Shown one piece after another: positions 1 through 12,851 of a stretch of DNA of 64,000 nucleotides. The first letter of the stretch is position 1, and each line of letters opens with the position of its first letter. The notes below the pieces were generated by a model. That model was given only the letters and a program-made list of their open reading frames with translations. It was not told the DNA's origin and did no database searches. The position numbers were made by a program, and so were the translations under genes. The stretch comes from Macrostomum lignano (Eukaryota), in contig NIVC01002329.1 of the NCBI GenBank assembly GCA_002269645.1, positions 5,219-69,218 on the forward strand, read 5' to 3'.

Positions 1-1339
1 ACCGCACGCCTCTCAAACCGCTCAGGATAGATGTCATGACGCGCTGTAGGATTTCAGATGCTGAGGTAAATCCCATGCAAAGGCGCTTGAGGCGGAGCAG
101 GCCCAGAGGCGTTGAGAAAGTGAGCAGCTGCCGGGACTCCTCGCTGACCTCGATCTGGTGGAAGGCCTTGGCAACGTCTAGTTCGGAGAAATAGGTGGAG
201 CCGGCCATCTCGTCGGTGACTTCTTCGAATGTCGGTATTGGCTGCTTTTCTGGAATGACGTACTTATTGACGTCCCTCAGGTCCTGCGTGATGCGGATTT
301 CGCCTGGCGAGGCCTTTGGAACGACCACCATGCGTGAACTCCAAGCGCTGGGCCCCGTCACTCGCTCCAGGATGCCGGCTGCTAGCTGGCCCTTCAGCTC
401 CTTTTCCACGGCGGTTCGAAGATGCACCGGAACTCGAGACGGAGGGTGGCAGACTGGCAGCGCTTCTTCCTTCAGCTGGATGCTGACTGAGACGCCCTTG
501 ATGCAGCCGATTCCTTGAAAGCTGTCGCTGAACTCCTTCATGATCGATGACAGTCGCAAGTCTTGCGGAAGGTGCAGGTCGTTAACCGTTGGTGTCAGTC
601 CGGCGGTGAGAGCTGTCTCGGCCTGCGGTCCGACCCTCAGCATCCCCATCTGCGTGCTTGTCTCGCGGCCTAGGATGGTGATGCAGTCCTCTCTGATGAC
701 GATGAAGCGCACTCTCTCCGAGTTGCCGTTGATCTTCGTCTGCAGAGTGATCTGGCCAGCGGGTGTCAGGGGCCTCAATGCTCCGAGAGGATAGACCCTC
801 GTGTGCGTGGGCTGAAGCGCCCGCTCGAGTGCTCCCGTTAGATGAATGGTCCGCTGGCTGAGCACGTTGCAGCTCGCACCGCTGTCGATCAGGACGGGTA
901 CGTTCGCGCCGTTGATGACCGCTTTGAAGGTGGCGCTTTTGCGGCTGGGGTCGAGGCTGGAGAATACCGCCTCCGCCAGGTGCGCCACTGCTGGTTCCTC
1001 TGGCTCAGGCTCTGCCATGTTAATGCGTGCGCGGCCGCTTAGGCAGGCCTTCGCCAGGTGGTGCAGCTTGCCGCAGTTACTGCAGCGCTTGCCTTGGGCC
1101 CGGTTGCAAGTGCGGTGGCCGGGCTCTCCGCACCGCAGGCATTTGTCGGCCGGGCTGGCTGGCGGGCGCCTGGTGGGGCGCTTGTCGCGTGCCGCATGCA
1201 CTTCTTCAGCTGGTCCGGCTGCCGAGCGCTCCATGATTGCCGCTTGCTGGCTGGCTGCTTCGTTTGTTCTCGCCAGCTGGAGGGCATCGGGGAGGCTGAT
1301 GTTGGGCACGTTGAGCAGCCGCTTTCGGAGGGATTCATT
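1..1339 (-). CDS. Gag C-terminus + protease + reverse transcriptase (partial, single frame, open to window edge)
   Basis: Hand translation: NESLRKRLL (1339), CCHC knuckle (~1084), DSG (886) and RT LDVAKAFHQ (178) all fall in the same minus frame. Confidence 0.9.
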
Positions 1340-1631
1340 GCGGCAGCAGGCGGCACTGGCGGAATTGGTACCGGGTGAATACCACATCAAGCGTTTGCTG
1401 CTCCGGCTGGTCAGTGGCGGGACGCGTCTGTGAGATCTCTTTAAAGATGTCTGCAACCTCTTTTCCCGCGGTATACAGGAGGATTTCCTGCTTCTGGGCG
1501 TCGTCCGAAATTCCTGATGCTGCCAAGAATCGCTTTAGTGTGGTGGCCCACTCTGTCCAGCGCTTGCTGACGGTGTGGGGGTCCGCGCTAATGCTGAATG
1601 CGGATGGCGGCTGTAGCTGTAGTAGCGCCAT
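1335..1631 (-). pseudogene. gag 5' segment, out of frame with downstream gag-pol
   Basis: ORF MALLQLQPPSAF...RYQFRQCRLLPQ* starts just after the PBS and ends at TGA 1335-1337, one base out of frame with the ESLRKRLL segment. Confidence 0.8.
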
Positions 1632-1640
1632 TGGGTTCTG

Positions 1641-1653
1641 GCTTGTGACGCCA
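1641..1653 (-). promoter_or_regulatory. Primer binding site TGGCGTCACAAGC
   Basis: TGG-initiated motif 1 nt after the LTR terminal CA; the primer tRNA cannot be identified with certainty (possibly tRNA-Ser). Confidence 0.7.
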
Positions 1654-1654
1654 A

Positions 1655-1879
1655 TGTAGCGAGCAACTCTAGCTGGTTGTTGCGAGTGTTAGTTAGCCAC
1701 TCAAAAAGGTGAAGAAATAGAATGTGGCTGTGCCTGTATTTTTATTGTCTGGTAGAACACAGATTTCCGGTTCACTGAGTGCGCGTTGGGATGTGCTCGA
1801 GCAGAGGGAAGTGGATAGGCTGGGTGGGGGTCAGGGAGTGCAAACTAGGTACCCGAACTGCCTGCCTGCGCATGCTACA
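1655..1879 (-). repeat. 5' LTR (225 bp)
   Basis: Bounded by inverted termini TGTAGC...GCTACA; AATAAA on minus strand at ~1740-1746; immediately followed by a PBS. Confidence 0.85.
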
Positions 1880-4800
1880 AAAGAGTTGGTCTCTTCTCCT
1901 CAAACTCCGCTTCTACTATACTAGATTGGACTATACTAGGTCTAGAATACTAGATTGATCGTGTATATTTAAAACCAACATCGAATTTTAAGAATATTTT
2001 GCAATATTTTACGCGTAAATTTAAAACTAGCCTTTCTAAGAATATAACCACTTGTACTTATGTATTCTCTCTATATAAATATTGGAATATTATCTGTACG
2101 TAGCAGCATTCTCATTCTAGAAATTTTCGCGATAAACAAATTTTAAATATACAAGCCTTTTCTTACTCGTAATTCCAGAACATTCTTTCTTCTGAAATAA
2201 TATTTTTTTGATGGCAAAGCTATAAATATACATGTAGAAAATATAATAGATCCATTGTGCCACTATTATTTAACACCGCTACACAGACATAGCAACCTCG
2301 AAAACGAAGCGAAAATTTATTCAGATTCTAAAAAGTCATTAGAATTATAAAAAGCATAGCAGAGTCAGAAAATTTTTACATTCCAACACTGATTTAAAAG
2401 TCTACTGCCGAAGCTACAAGCTATTACAGCGGTAGGCAATACCCACGGGCAACCAGTAAGACTTCTTCAACTAGGCCTATGTAACACCTTGAATGTACTT
2501 TTTAATTGAGAAATCAAATAATCTATTGAGTAATGCTGAAAATTTGTTGCATTCTTTGTTTTGTGTTGTTAACAATTACTTATGAATAATCGCGACAAAA
2601 ATTTTGAAATCCAGCTTTCCATAAAATAAACTATGCATAAATCGATACACGCTATACACGAATGCAATCGATAATCAAGTATACAGCATCATTTATTGCA
2701 CCGAACTTACCGAAGTAATGGAACCATACCAGTAAAGCAATACCAGTAAAGTTTTTTAAAATAGCTACTTGCCTAAATACTTAATTGCCTATAAAAATAT
2801 TTACACTCAGTGACTCAAATATGCATATTTTGAATCAGTGAATGAGTCCGACCGCCGACCCTACTTGACTAAAGCCTGTACACTAGACTGGATTATATAC
2901 TAATATCGGATACTAAACATATAAATTTAAAACCATATTTAGTAATGCTATACAGTTTATATTATTTGTACTATTTAGTATTTGTTTTATTTGTACTTGT
3001 ATCATTTTTTCCACTCTTCCAGCAAACAAGTATTCTGCAAATGTAAGCTGAAGCACTGTATACTTTCGGTTAATGATCATTTGTAATAGTAGCATTAAAA
3101 TGATCGTCTTCCAAAATTGAAGTGGGTAGCATGGTGCACCTTTTGCTTTGTAACCCCTCTCTTTAAATTCTCTTTGCACTATGTATAAGAGTGGAAGTGG
3201 GGGCCTCTATGGAAGTAGAGGCCTCTTGAGTGAGACGCTAGAGACAAGAAGTGCTGTAGTTTTGGAATGCAATCATTTTAAGACAGTTTTTATATTTAAA
3301 TGATCATCTTACAATCTTGAATTAGTATATAAATAAGGTGCTCATTTATAAAAAAAAGATGGATGGTTCCATGACTGCTTATAAGCTACATTGACAAGAA
3401 GTGCTATAGTTTCAAAACACAATAATTTTAAGGCATTTTTCATATTTAAATGATTGTCATCCAAAATAGATATAATACATAAGGGGCTAATTAATATAAA
3501 ATAGAATCATTTGTTCCATGAAAGTTAGAATCTTCTATTTCTAGAAACAGTTTGTTATAATGTTCTAAGAACTTCCAAGTTTTATTTATTTAAAACAATT
3601 TTTAAGGTGATTGTCACTTCACTCTGTGATTATCATCCAAAATATTGCCAAACTTTTAAATACTTTTATCTATTCAAGGTGGCTATTTTGATATATGACC
3701 ATTCTGATTTGATTTATAACCATTTACCATTTTGATGTGGCCATTTTGTGTGTAGCCATTTTGATATATATTCTTCTTTGAAACTCAAATGTGGATACAA
3801 AATTAGTATTAGAAAATCTAAATATACTAAATCTCTAATATTTGTTTGTTTGTATGTTCATTTGTATACTAAAAATGGTCTGTCAATAAGTAAGCATGTA
3901 TGTGATCAATCTAGAAAAATTTCATTATAATTCTATATTTTTTAATATATACATACTACATGATCTGAGATATTATAAATGTGATGTTGCACAAGTTACT
4001 TTTGTTTAAAACAATAATATAATATCAACATTGTTAGTCTAGGCAAAACTAAGTCAAGTCATGTTTGCAATCAAAGTAGAAAAGATACATGAACAGAACT
4101 ATACCAAAGTGATAAATGTATTTATTTAACTGCATGACATGAAACCACAAACAACAATAGACAAACACTATCTAATTGGCAGGGGGTTAAAACCATGTAC
4201 ACTGGCAAGCACCAATGTATAAATGGATAGAGATAAAGCAATAGCACACAAGATTGATTAGTCATGGGAGAGAGAGTGAAAGGGATAGCAAAATAACATG
4301 AAATCCAAAGTTCAATCCCCACAAATATCATGTTCTAAAACAATTAATTAAAAATGTGCCATTTGCTAGATTGTTTAGTTAGAGGCAAGGGGCTATATTA
4401 TATATCTTGGTACACTTTACATGTATATCTTGGTTTATGTATGACACTTTGTAACATTGTCACAACTGGTAAGAGGTATTATTGCCCATTCCACTAACTC
4501 TCCAAAGCAAGCAAGCATGCAATGCATGGATGGATGGATACATATGCAGTCATAAACATAGGCATACATACTGGAATGTACAATAGCCTTAACTTTATTT
4601 ATTGTTAGAAACATACACTTCATTGTGCCTTGAAAGTTGGCCTTCAAGGGTGTTAATTGCACAAGGAGACCCAAGCTGAGATTCCAATTTACCCCAAATT
4701 AATGTGACTGCACTTTGATTGCATACCAGACCACTGGGCTATGGCTTCCTTGCTAACTTATTTATTAGGCAAATAATTTTTCCCCTTTACATTGTAGCAT

Positions 4801-5054
4801 GCTTTACATATTAAGTATTTTAAGTAATATTAAAAACCAACAAAGCAAAAGGTCTAGAAGTACACTCATATGTAGATATTGCATTTGATTTTATATACTT
4901 TCTCAAACTCAAACTATGAATTATTGCTTTCTGAATTTTAGCTAGATGAAAGCAGCCATGGCGCCTGACTTAGCCAGCCAGCCTGGCATATAGAAGTCAG
5001 CTGATAGTCAGCTAATAGCATTGTCAGCAACTGTCACTGTCTCCCATAGTAGAA

Positions 5055-5464
5055 ATGGGCTGCTCATACTCCAAGCGAGCTCCAGCAGGCAGCTCAGAAC
5101 GCTGCCGGATGCTCTCCGTGTCTGGAGTAGTGCAAGCCCATAGGCACAACAATCACATAGTGGAAGAGCTCACCGAGGAGCAGATGGAAGAGCTGTGGCC
5201 AAAGTTCATTCAGGACATGGACATCACGGCCGACAAGGCTCAGGATTTGGCCGCCTTGGACACGGATAAGAAGTTGCAAGCGCTGCAGAATTGGCTCAGC
5301 TCCAAGCAGCCGGGTGAGGCCACGTCAACAGCCGGTTACTATGTGGCCCAGCTGCGCGGCCTTCGCGCCGGTGGCGGTGGTGGCGGCGGCGGCAACGGGC
5401 GCTGCTGCGAGCGTCAAGATTTGTTGAAAGGCTTGGAAAACTGCCTCAGATCGTATTCTGTACA
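5055..5464 (+). CDS. FMNL: Formin-like protein (FMNL/Frl family) exon 1 of 6; gene = join(5055-5464,5563-5643,15134-15886,16464-17637,18118-18666,22081-22332), 1072 aa
   Basis: MGCSYSK start; GBD-like helices (EELWPKFIQDMDIT...KKLQAL; LKGLENCLRS); donor GTGAGT at 5465, phase 2. Exon lengths sum to 3219 nt = 1073 codons. Confidence 0.85.
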
Positions 5465-5562
5465 GTGAGTGTCAATCGCATTAAAGTGCAGCTCTTCCAA
5501 CAGTGTCAAAGAATGTATTTAACAATTATTTGATTTTAAATTTGCTTCTGTAATAATCCTAG

Positions 5563-5643
5563 GTGGTTAGAAGAATTCATGGACTGCGGCGGGCTCGACT
5601 TACTGTTGGATTATTTAAGCAGAGCGTTGGACAGCCTCATTAG
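5563..5643 (+). CDS. FMNL: FMNL exon 2
   Basis: cctag| acceptor; (Q)WLEEFMDCGGLDLLLDYLS matches the GBD 'WVxEF...GLDxLxxYL' motif; donor GTAAGA at 5644. Confidence 0.85.
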   Translation: MVRRIHGLRRARLTVGLFKQSVGQPH

Positions 5644-5716
5644 GTAAGACTGCTATTCGAAAGTTTTTGTTTGTTTATCTGTTTGTTGTTTGGTTTGCGT
5701 TAACTGATCCTCTGTT

Positions 5717-7750
5717 GTAGCTTCAGTGGGTACCGCTATTCATTCCCTCAGTAGCTTCAGTGGTCACCGCTATCCATTCCCTCAGTAGCTTCAGTGGGTA
5801 CCGCTATCCATTCCCTCAGTAGCTTCAGTGGTCACCGCTATCCATTCCTTCAGTAGCTTCAGTGGGTACCGCTATCCATTCCCTCAGTAGCTTCAGTGTG
5901 TACCGCTATCCTTTTCCTTCAGTAGCTTCAGTGGGTACCGCTATCCATTCCCCAATAGCTTCAGTGGGTACCGCTATCCATTCCCCTGTAGCTTCAGTGG
6001 GTACCGCTATTCATTCCCTCAGTAGCTTCAGTGGTCACCGCTATCCATTCCCTCAGTATCTTCAGTGGGTACCGCTATCCATTCCCTCAGTAACTTCAGT
6101 GTGTACCGCTATCCTTTTCCTTCAGTAGCTTCAGTGGGTACCGCTATCCATTCCCCCAATAGCTTCAGTGGGTACCGCTATCCATTCCCCCTGTAGCTTC
6201 AGTGGGCACCGCTATCCATTCCCTCAGTAGCTTCAGTGGGCACCGCTATCCATTCCCTCAGTAGCTTCAGTGGGTACCGCTATCCATTCCCCCAATAGCT
6301 TCAGTGGGTACCGCTATCCATTCCCCCTGTAGCTTCAGTGGGTACCGCTATCCATTCCCTCAGTAGCTTCAGTGGGTACCGCTATCCATTCCCCCAGTAG
6401 CTTCAGTGGGCACCGCTATCCATTCCCTCAGTAGCTTCAGTGGGCACCGCTATCCATTCCCTCAGTAGCTTCAGTGGGCACCGCTATCCATTCCCTCAGT
6501 AGCTTCAGTGGGCACCGCTATCCATTCCCTCAGTAGCTTCAGTGGTCACCGCTATCCATTCCCTCAGTAGCTTCAGTGGGCACCGCTATCCATTCCCTCA
6601 GTAGCTTCAGTGGGTTACCACTATCCATTCCCTCAGTAGCTTCAGTGGGCACCGCTATCCATTCCCTCAGTAGCTTCAGTGGGCACCGCTATCCATTCCC
6701 TCAGTAGCTTCAGTGGGCACCGCTATCCATTCCCTCAGTAGCTTCAGTGGGCACCGCTATCCATTCCCTCAGTAGCTTCAGTGGGCACCGCTATCCATTC
6801 CCTCAGTAGCTTCAGTGGGCACCGCTATCCATTCCCTCAGTAGCTTCAGTGGGCACCGCTATCCATTCCCTCAGTAGCTTCAGTGGGCACCGCTATCCAT
6901 TCCCTCAGTAGCTTCAGTGGGCACCGCTATCCATTCCCTCAGTAGCTTCAGTGGGCACCGCTATCCATTCCCTCAGTAGCTTCAGTGGGTTACCACTATC
7001 CATTCCCTCAGTAGCTTCAGTGGGTTACCACTATCCATTCCCTCAGTAGCTTCAGTGGGCACCGCTATCCATTCCCTCAGTAGCTTCAGTGGGCACCGCT
7101 ATCCATTCCCTCAGTAGCTTCAGTGGGCACCGCTATCCATTCCCTCAGTAGCTTCAGTGGTCACCGCTATCCATTCCCTCAGTAGCTTCAGTGGGTTACC
7201 ACTATCCATTGCCTCAGTAGCTTCAGTGGGCACCGCTATCCATTCCCTCAGTAGCTTCAGTGGGCACCGCTATCCATTCCCTCAGTAGCTTCAGTGGGTC
7301 ACCGCTATCCATTCCCTCAGTAGCTTCAGTGGGTACCGCTATCCATTCCCCCTGTAGCTTCAGTGGGTACCGCTATCCATTCCCTCAGTAGCTTCAGTGG
7401 GTACCGCTATCCATTCCCCAGTAGCTTCAGTGGGCACCGCTATCCATTCCCTCAGTAGCTTCAGTGGGCACCGCTATCCATTCCCTCAGTAGCTTCAGTG
7501 GGCACCGCTATCCATTCCCTCAGTAGCTTCAGTGGGTACCGCTATCCATTCCCTCAGTAGCTTCAGTGGGCACCGCTATCCATTCCCTCAGTAGCTTCAG
7601 TGGGCACCGCTATCCATTCCCTCAGTAGCTTCAGTGGGTTACCACTATCCATTCCCTCAGTAGCTTCAGTGGGCACCGCTATCCATTCCCTCAGTAGCTT
7701 CAGTGGGTACCGCTATCCATTCCCCAGTAGTTTCAGTGGGTAACCGTTAC
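5717..7750. repeat. 34-bp minisatellite (AGTAGCTTCAGTGGGCACCGCTATCCATTCCCTC)n, formin intron 2
   Basis: Direct reading of the tandem unit; starts ~70 bp after the donor. Confidence 0.95.
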
Positions 7751-8289
7751 TCTCTACCTTTAGCTTAATCACAAGTTCCTCTTTCATTAATTAGTTATTG
7801 TCAACTGCCAAGGCTGAGCAATCAATATTATTTGCATAGAAGCCACTCCGACTGTGCTTAAACCTCGTTACAAATAAATAACGCACAGGTGGTGCAGCTG
7901 TAGCAGGGCTATAGCTGTGTCGCAATCAGTCGACACTTTGTCGTACTCGTGAGTTTAAATTGCTCAAACAATCTGATGTGTGTATTGCAGTACGTGCAGT
8001 GGAATTAGCTATAAGCACTTGGTTTTCGCTATTATTAATTATTTTCGCGATCAAATGTCTGTGTGAAAGCATCATTTTGGCTACTAAAAAAGTTGCTAGC
8101 TATTTTGGGTTCAACTAATCTGCGCTCAAAATGGTAGAGCTGTTTTGCTACACTCCGCTAATTAATATAATTTGCGCATGTATTATACATTTTTATTGTT
8201 GAGTTGCTGTGTTTGGAGCTAGCTTGCTTTTATTGCAGTTGAAAGCAAGAACGATTTTTGTGCCAAGTGACCTTTGTTTGGTATGGGCA

Positions 8290-9718
8290 TCTCAGCTGGG
8301 TATCTAAGCTTTGATATATCACAGCTTTAGTGGGGATCTAAGCTTTGATATATCACAGCTTTAGTGGGTATCTCAGCTTTGATATATCACAGCTTCAGTG
8401 GGTATCTCAGTTCTCATCTATCAGTTTCAGTGGGTATCTCAGCTCTCATGTATCAGTTTCAGTGGGTATCTCAGCTCTCATGTATCAGTTTCACTGGGTA
8501 TCTCAGCTCTCATATATCAGCTTCACTGGTTATCTCAGCTCTCATATATCAGCTTCACTGGTTATCTCAGCTCTCGTATATCAGCTTCACTGGTTATCTC
8601 AGCTCTCATATATCAGCTTCACTGGTTATCTCAGCTCTCATATATCAGCTTCACTGGTTATCTCAGCTCTCATATATCAGCTTCACTGGTTATCTCAGCT
8701 CTCATATATCAGCTTCACTGGTTATCTCAGCTCTCATATATCACAGTTTCACTGGTTATCTCAGCTCTCATATATCAGCTTCACTGGTTATCTCAGCTCT
8801 CATATATCACAGCTTCACTGGTTATCTCAGCTCTCATATATCACAGCTTCACTGGTTATCTCAGCTCTCATATATCAGCTTCACTGGTTATCTCAGCTCT
8901 CATATATCACAGCTTCACTGGTTATCTCAGCTCTCATATATCAGCTTCACTGGTTATCTCAGCTCTCATATATCACAGCTTCACTGGTTATCTCAGCTCT
9001 CATATATCACAGCTTCACTGGTTATCTCAGCTCTCATATATCAGCTTCACTGGTTATCTCAGCTCTCATATATCAGCTTCACTGGTTATCTCAGCTCTCA
9101 TATATCAGCTTCACTGGTTATCTCAGCTCTCATATATCAGCTTCACTGGTTATCTCAGCTCTCATATATCACAGTTTCACTGGTTATCTCAGCTCTCATA
9201 TATCAGCTTCACTGGTTATCTCAGCTCTCATATATCACAGCTTCACTGGTTATCTCAGCTCTCATATATCACAGCTTCACTGGTTATCTCAGCTCTCATA
9301 TATCAGCTTCACTGGTTATCTCAGCTCTCATATATCACAGCTTCACTGGTTATCTCAGCTCTCATATATCAGCTTCACTGGTTATCTCAGCTCTCATATA
9401 TCACAGCTTCACTGGTTATCTCAGCTCTCATATATCACAGCTTCACTGGTTATCTCAGCTCTCATATATCAGCTTCACTGGTTATCTCAGCTCTCATATA
9501 TCACAGCTTCACTGGTTATCTCAGCTCTCATATATCAGCTTCACTGGTTATCTCAGCTCTCATATATCACAGCTTCACTGGTTATCTCAGCTCTCATATA
9601 TCACAGCTTCACTGGTTATCTCAGCTCTCATATATCAGCTTCACTGGTTATCTCAGCTCTCATATATCACAGTTTCACTGGTTATCTCAGCTCTCATATA
9701 TCAGTTTCACTGGGTACC
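8290..9718. repeat. 32/34-bp minisatellite (ATATC[AC]AGCTTCACTGGTTATCTCAGCTCTCAT)n
   Basis: Tandem unit with a 2-nt length variant; explains the three overlapping 460-480 aa ORFs. Confidence 0.95.
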
Positions 9719-10610
9719 ACATTTTTTCTATTCAATGCTACAGCTTAGTTGATTTTCAAGTTGGCTCACTGTTACAATCCAACCAATGGACAGCATTACC
9801 TTGTCTTTGTGGATGCAGTTTAAGCGCAAAAACTTGTTAATGAACGGAGCAGCACATGCTATAGATAGACAAATGATGATACCTGTCCTGCATATGCCGA
9901 TAATTCTGTGCCTTCGGTCACTGTGCATGACTAATGTAAGCCAAGTACGTCCCAACTGTGGTTTTCCATTACAGGCATCTTTCTATAAGCCAATATGTAA
10001 AGCAGCTTTATCCTAGACTACAGTTCGCCTTTCCTTAGTATGATAAAAGAAAGAAGTGTAGATACGAGCTAGATAAGGGAAACCTGCAAACTGGAAAGTT
10101 CGGCAAAAGAAAGTAAGCGCTAGTTTTGTAAAAGATTGCCCGTTCGTTTCGTAAAGCAGTTTTTAGCACGGGGACAGACGCGGATATAATGTATTACAAG
10201 GGGAAGGAGGGGGAAGGATAAGTTTTAGCGGGACAGACAGATAGATAGAGGATGGAGCGACCTGCGTGCACTTGAATTACACCAACCTCCAGTCATACTG
10301 AGGCTGTTAGGGAATATCCATGGTTTTATAGGTATCCATAGTTCGCAGAGTTCATATCTCAGAGTTTTAATCCAATTTTGCTGTAATACTGAATGTAGGC
10401 ATGGAATTATTGATGCTACACTCTAACTTGATATAAAATATTTCTATTGACGAGACTATAGATTATATTTTGGCATAATGGTACCGACCTATGCGTTCGA
10501 ATCGTATAGGTCTTTTTATAAACATTACCTGGTTTATCAGGCAGAGAGGTCGAGAAAATGTGTATGGAATTTTTTGTATGCGCTTAAGTACGCAGATGTT
10601 AGGCAATTAC

Positions 10611-12219
10611 TAAGAGTGCACTTCAGGATCATGGGTGTTAGATAAGAGTGCACTTCAGGATCAAATGTGTTAGATAAGAGTTCACTTCAGGATCATGAGT
10701 GTTAGATAAGAGTGCACTTCAGGATCATGGGTGTTAGATAAGAGTGCACTTCAGGATCATATGTGTTAGATAAGTGTGCACTTCAGGATCATGGGTGTTA
10801 GATAAGTGTGCACTTCAGGATCATATGTGTTAGATAAGAGTGCACTTCAGGATCATGAGTGTTAGATAAGAGTGCACTTCAGGATCATATGTGTTAGATA
10901 AGTGTGCACTTCAGGATCATGGGTGTTAGATAAGAGTGCACTTCAGGATCACGGGTGTTAGATAAGCGTTCACTTCAGGATCATGGGTGTTAGATAAGAG
11001 TGTGCTCCAGGATCATGAGTGTTAGATAAGAGTGCACTGCAGGATCATGGGTGTTAGATAAGCGTTCACTTCAGGATCATGGGTGTTAGATAAGTGTGCA
11101 CTTCAGGATCATGGGTGTTAAATAAGAGTGCACTTCAGGATCATGGGTGTTAGATAAGTGTGCACTTCAGGATCATGGGTGTTAGATAAGTGTGCACTTC
11201 AGGATCATGAGTGTTAGATAAGAGTGCACTTCAGGATCAAATGTGTTAGATAAGAGTGCACTTCAGGATCATGGGTGTTAGATAAGTGTGCACTTCAGGA
11301 TCATGGGTGTTAGATAAGTGTGCACCTCAGGATCATGGGTGTTAGATAAGTGTGCACTTCAGGATCATGGGTGTTAGATAAGCGTTCACTTCAGGATCAT
11401 GAGTGTTAGATAAGAGTGCACTTCAGGATCATATGTGTTAGATAAGTGTGCACTTCAGGATCATGGGTGTTAGATAAGAGTGCACTTCAGGATCACGGGT
11501 GTTAGATAAGCGTTCACTTCAGGATCATGGGTGTTAGATAAGAGTGTACTTCAGGATCATGAGTGTTAGATAAGAGTGCACTGCAGGATCATGGGTGTTA
11601 GATAAGAGTGCACCTCAGGATCATGAGTGTTAGATAAGAGTGCACTTCAGGATCATGGGTGTTAGATAAGCGTTCACTTCAGGATCATATGTGTTAGATA
11701 AGAGTGCACTTCAGGATCATGGGTGTTACATAAGAGTGTACGTCAGGTTCATGGGTGTTAGATAAGCGTGTATTTCAGGATCATGGGTGTTAGATAAGAG
11801 TGTACTTCAGGATCATGGGTGTTAGATAAGCGTTCACTTCAGGATCATGGGTGTTAGATAAGAGTGCACTTCAGGATCATGAGTGTTAGATAAGAGTGTA
11901 CTTCAGGATCATGGGTGTTAGATAAGAGTGCACTGCAGGATCACGGGTGTTAGATAAGCGTTCACTTCAGGATCATGAGTGTTAGATAAGAGTGTACTTC
12001 AGGATCATGGGTGTTAGATAAGCGTTCACTTCAGGATCATGGGTGTTAAATAAGCGTTCACTTCAGGATCATGGGTGTTAGATAAGAGTGCACTTCAGGA
12101 TCATGGGTGTTAGATGAGCGTTCACTTCAGGATCATGGGTGTTAGATAAGCGTTCACTTCAGGATCATGGGTGTTAGATGAGCGTTCACTTCAGGATCAT
12201 GGGTGTTAGATAAGAGTGC
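10611..12219. repeat. 32-bp minisatellite (AGTGCACTTCAGGATCATGGGTGTTAGATAAG)n
   Basis: Direct reading; variants recur at fixed positions. Confidence 0.95.
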
Positions 12220-12851
12220 GCGAGTATGTTTCGCTATTTGAAAATAGCAATCAAGCATCTAGTCTAAATCACAAAAATCTTTTGACAACTTCTATTCGCA
12301 TGTAGATATTCACAGAATTATTAATTGATTATATTATCGCATCAGCTTGAAGTGAACTCTTGGGTTTAAATATTTATCTAATAAATTGAAAGTGGCAAAC
12401 GCTTATGCAGAGTAATTTCGCAGTTAAGATAATTAATCGAAAATCTAAGTTTTTTCTGTTAATTTATCCGTTTTCTGCGTAAAAGGGTTTAAAAAATACT
12501 TTTTGGCCTGGTTTTGAGTCTGAAAATTGAATTCTTAATTATGCATTGCTTTAAGTTTGGGTTTTTGTAGCCTCATCATCGGCATGAATTTTTACTGCTC
12601 ATTTTGGACACGATACATGATACAGACATGATACAGATTTGCATTTTTAGGAGCTAGCCATTAATAAATAATGGTTTTTTCTCCGCCATCGCTTTGTCTT
12701 CGCTACTATTCGGATCTTCGTCTCGGAAATCTCTTTTGATGACGAGTCTTCTCAACGAAAAATTACTGCGCGCAATTTAAATAGGGTTTAGGGGGATTTT
12801 TCTAGAATTCCGTTTTTGGGGGCATTGTCATGTTTTTAGACAAATCCTGCC

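Larger units (their letters stand above)
1..1879 (-). mobile_element. Ty3/Gypsy LTR retrotransposon, 5' part (5' LTR, PBS, gag, protease, start of RT); runs off the left edge
   Basis: Minus-strand order is LTR, PBS, gag with Zn knuckles (KCLRCGEPGHRTC; RCSNCGKLHHLAKAC), aspartic protease (VLIDSGASCNV), RT (WSSRMVVVPK...FSELDVAKAFHQI...LKRLCMGF). PR followed directly by RT is the Gypsy order; gag N-terminus (RWTEW...FLAASGI...LLYTAG) looks Mag-clade-like. Confidence 0.95.

Noticed and set aside
195-1659. Plus-strand ORFs over the retrotransposon
   Set aside because: Antisense shadows of the GC-rich gag-pol frame.
3244-3540. Diverged ~150-bp tandem duplication
   Set aside because: Two low-identity AT-rich copies with no further structure; ordinary decay.
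8345-9840. 460-480 aa ORFs (also 26249-27382, 31633-32485, 42238-43467, 55035-56663, 62950-63787)
   Set aside because: They are open in several frames at once and are pure translations of minisatellites lacking stop codons.
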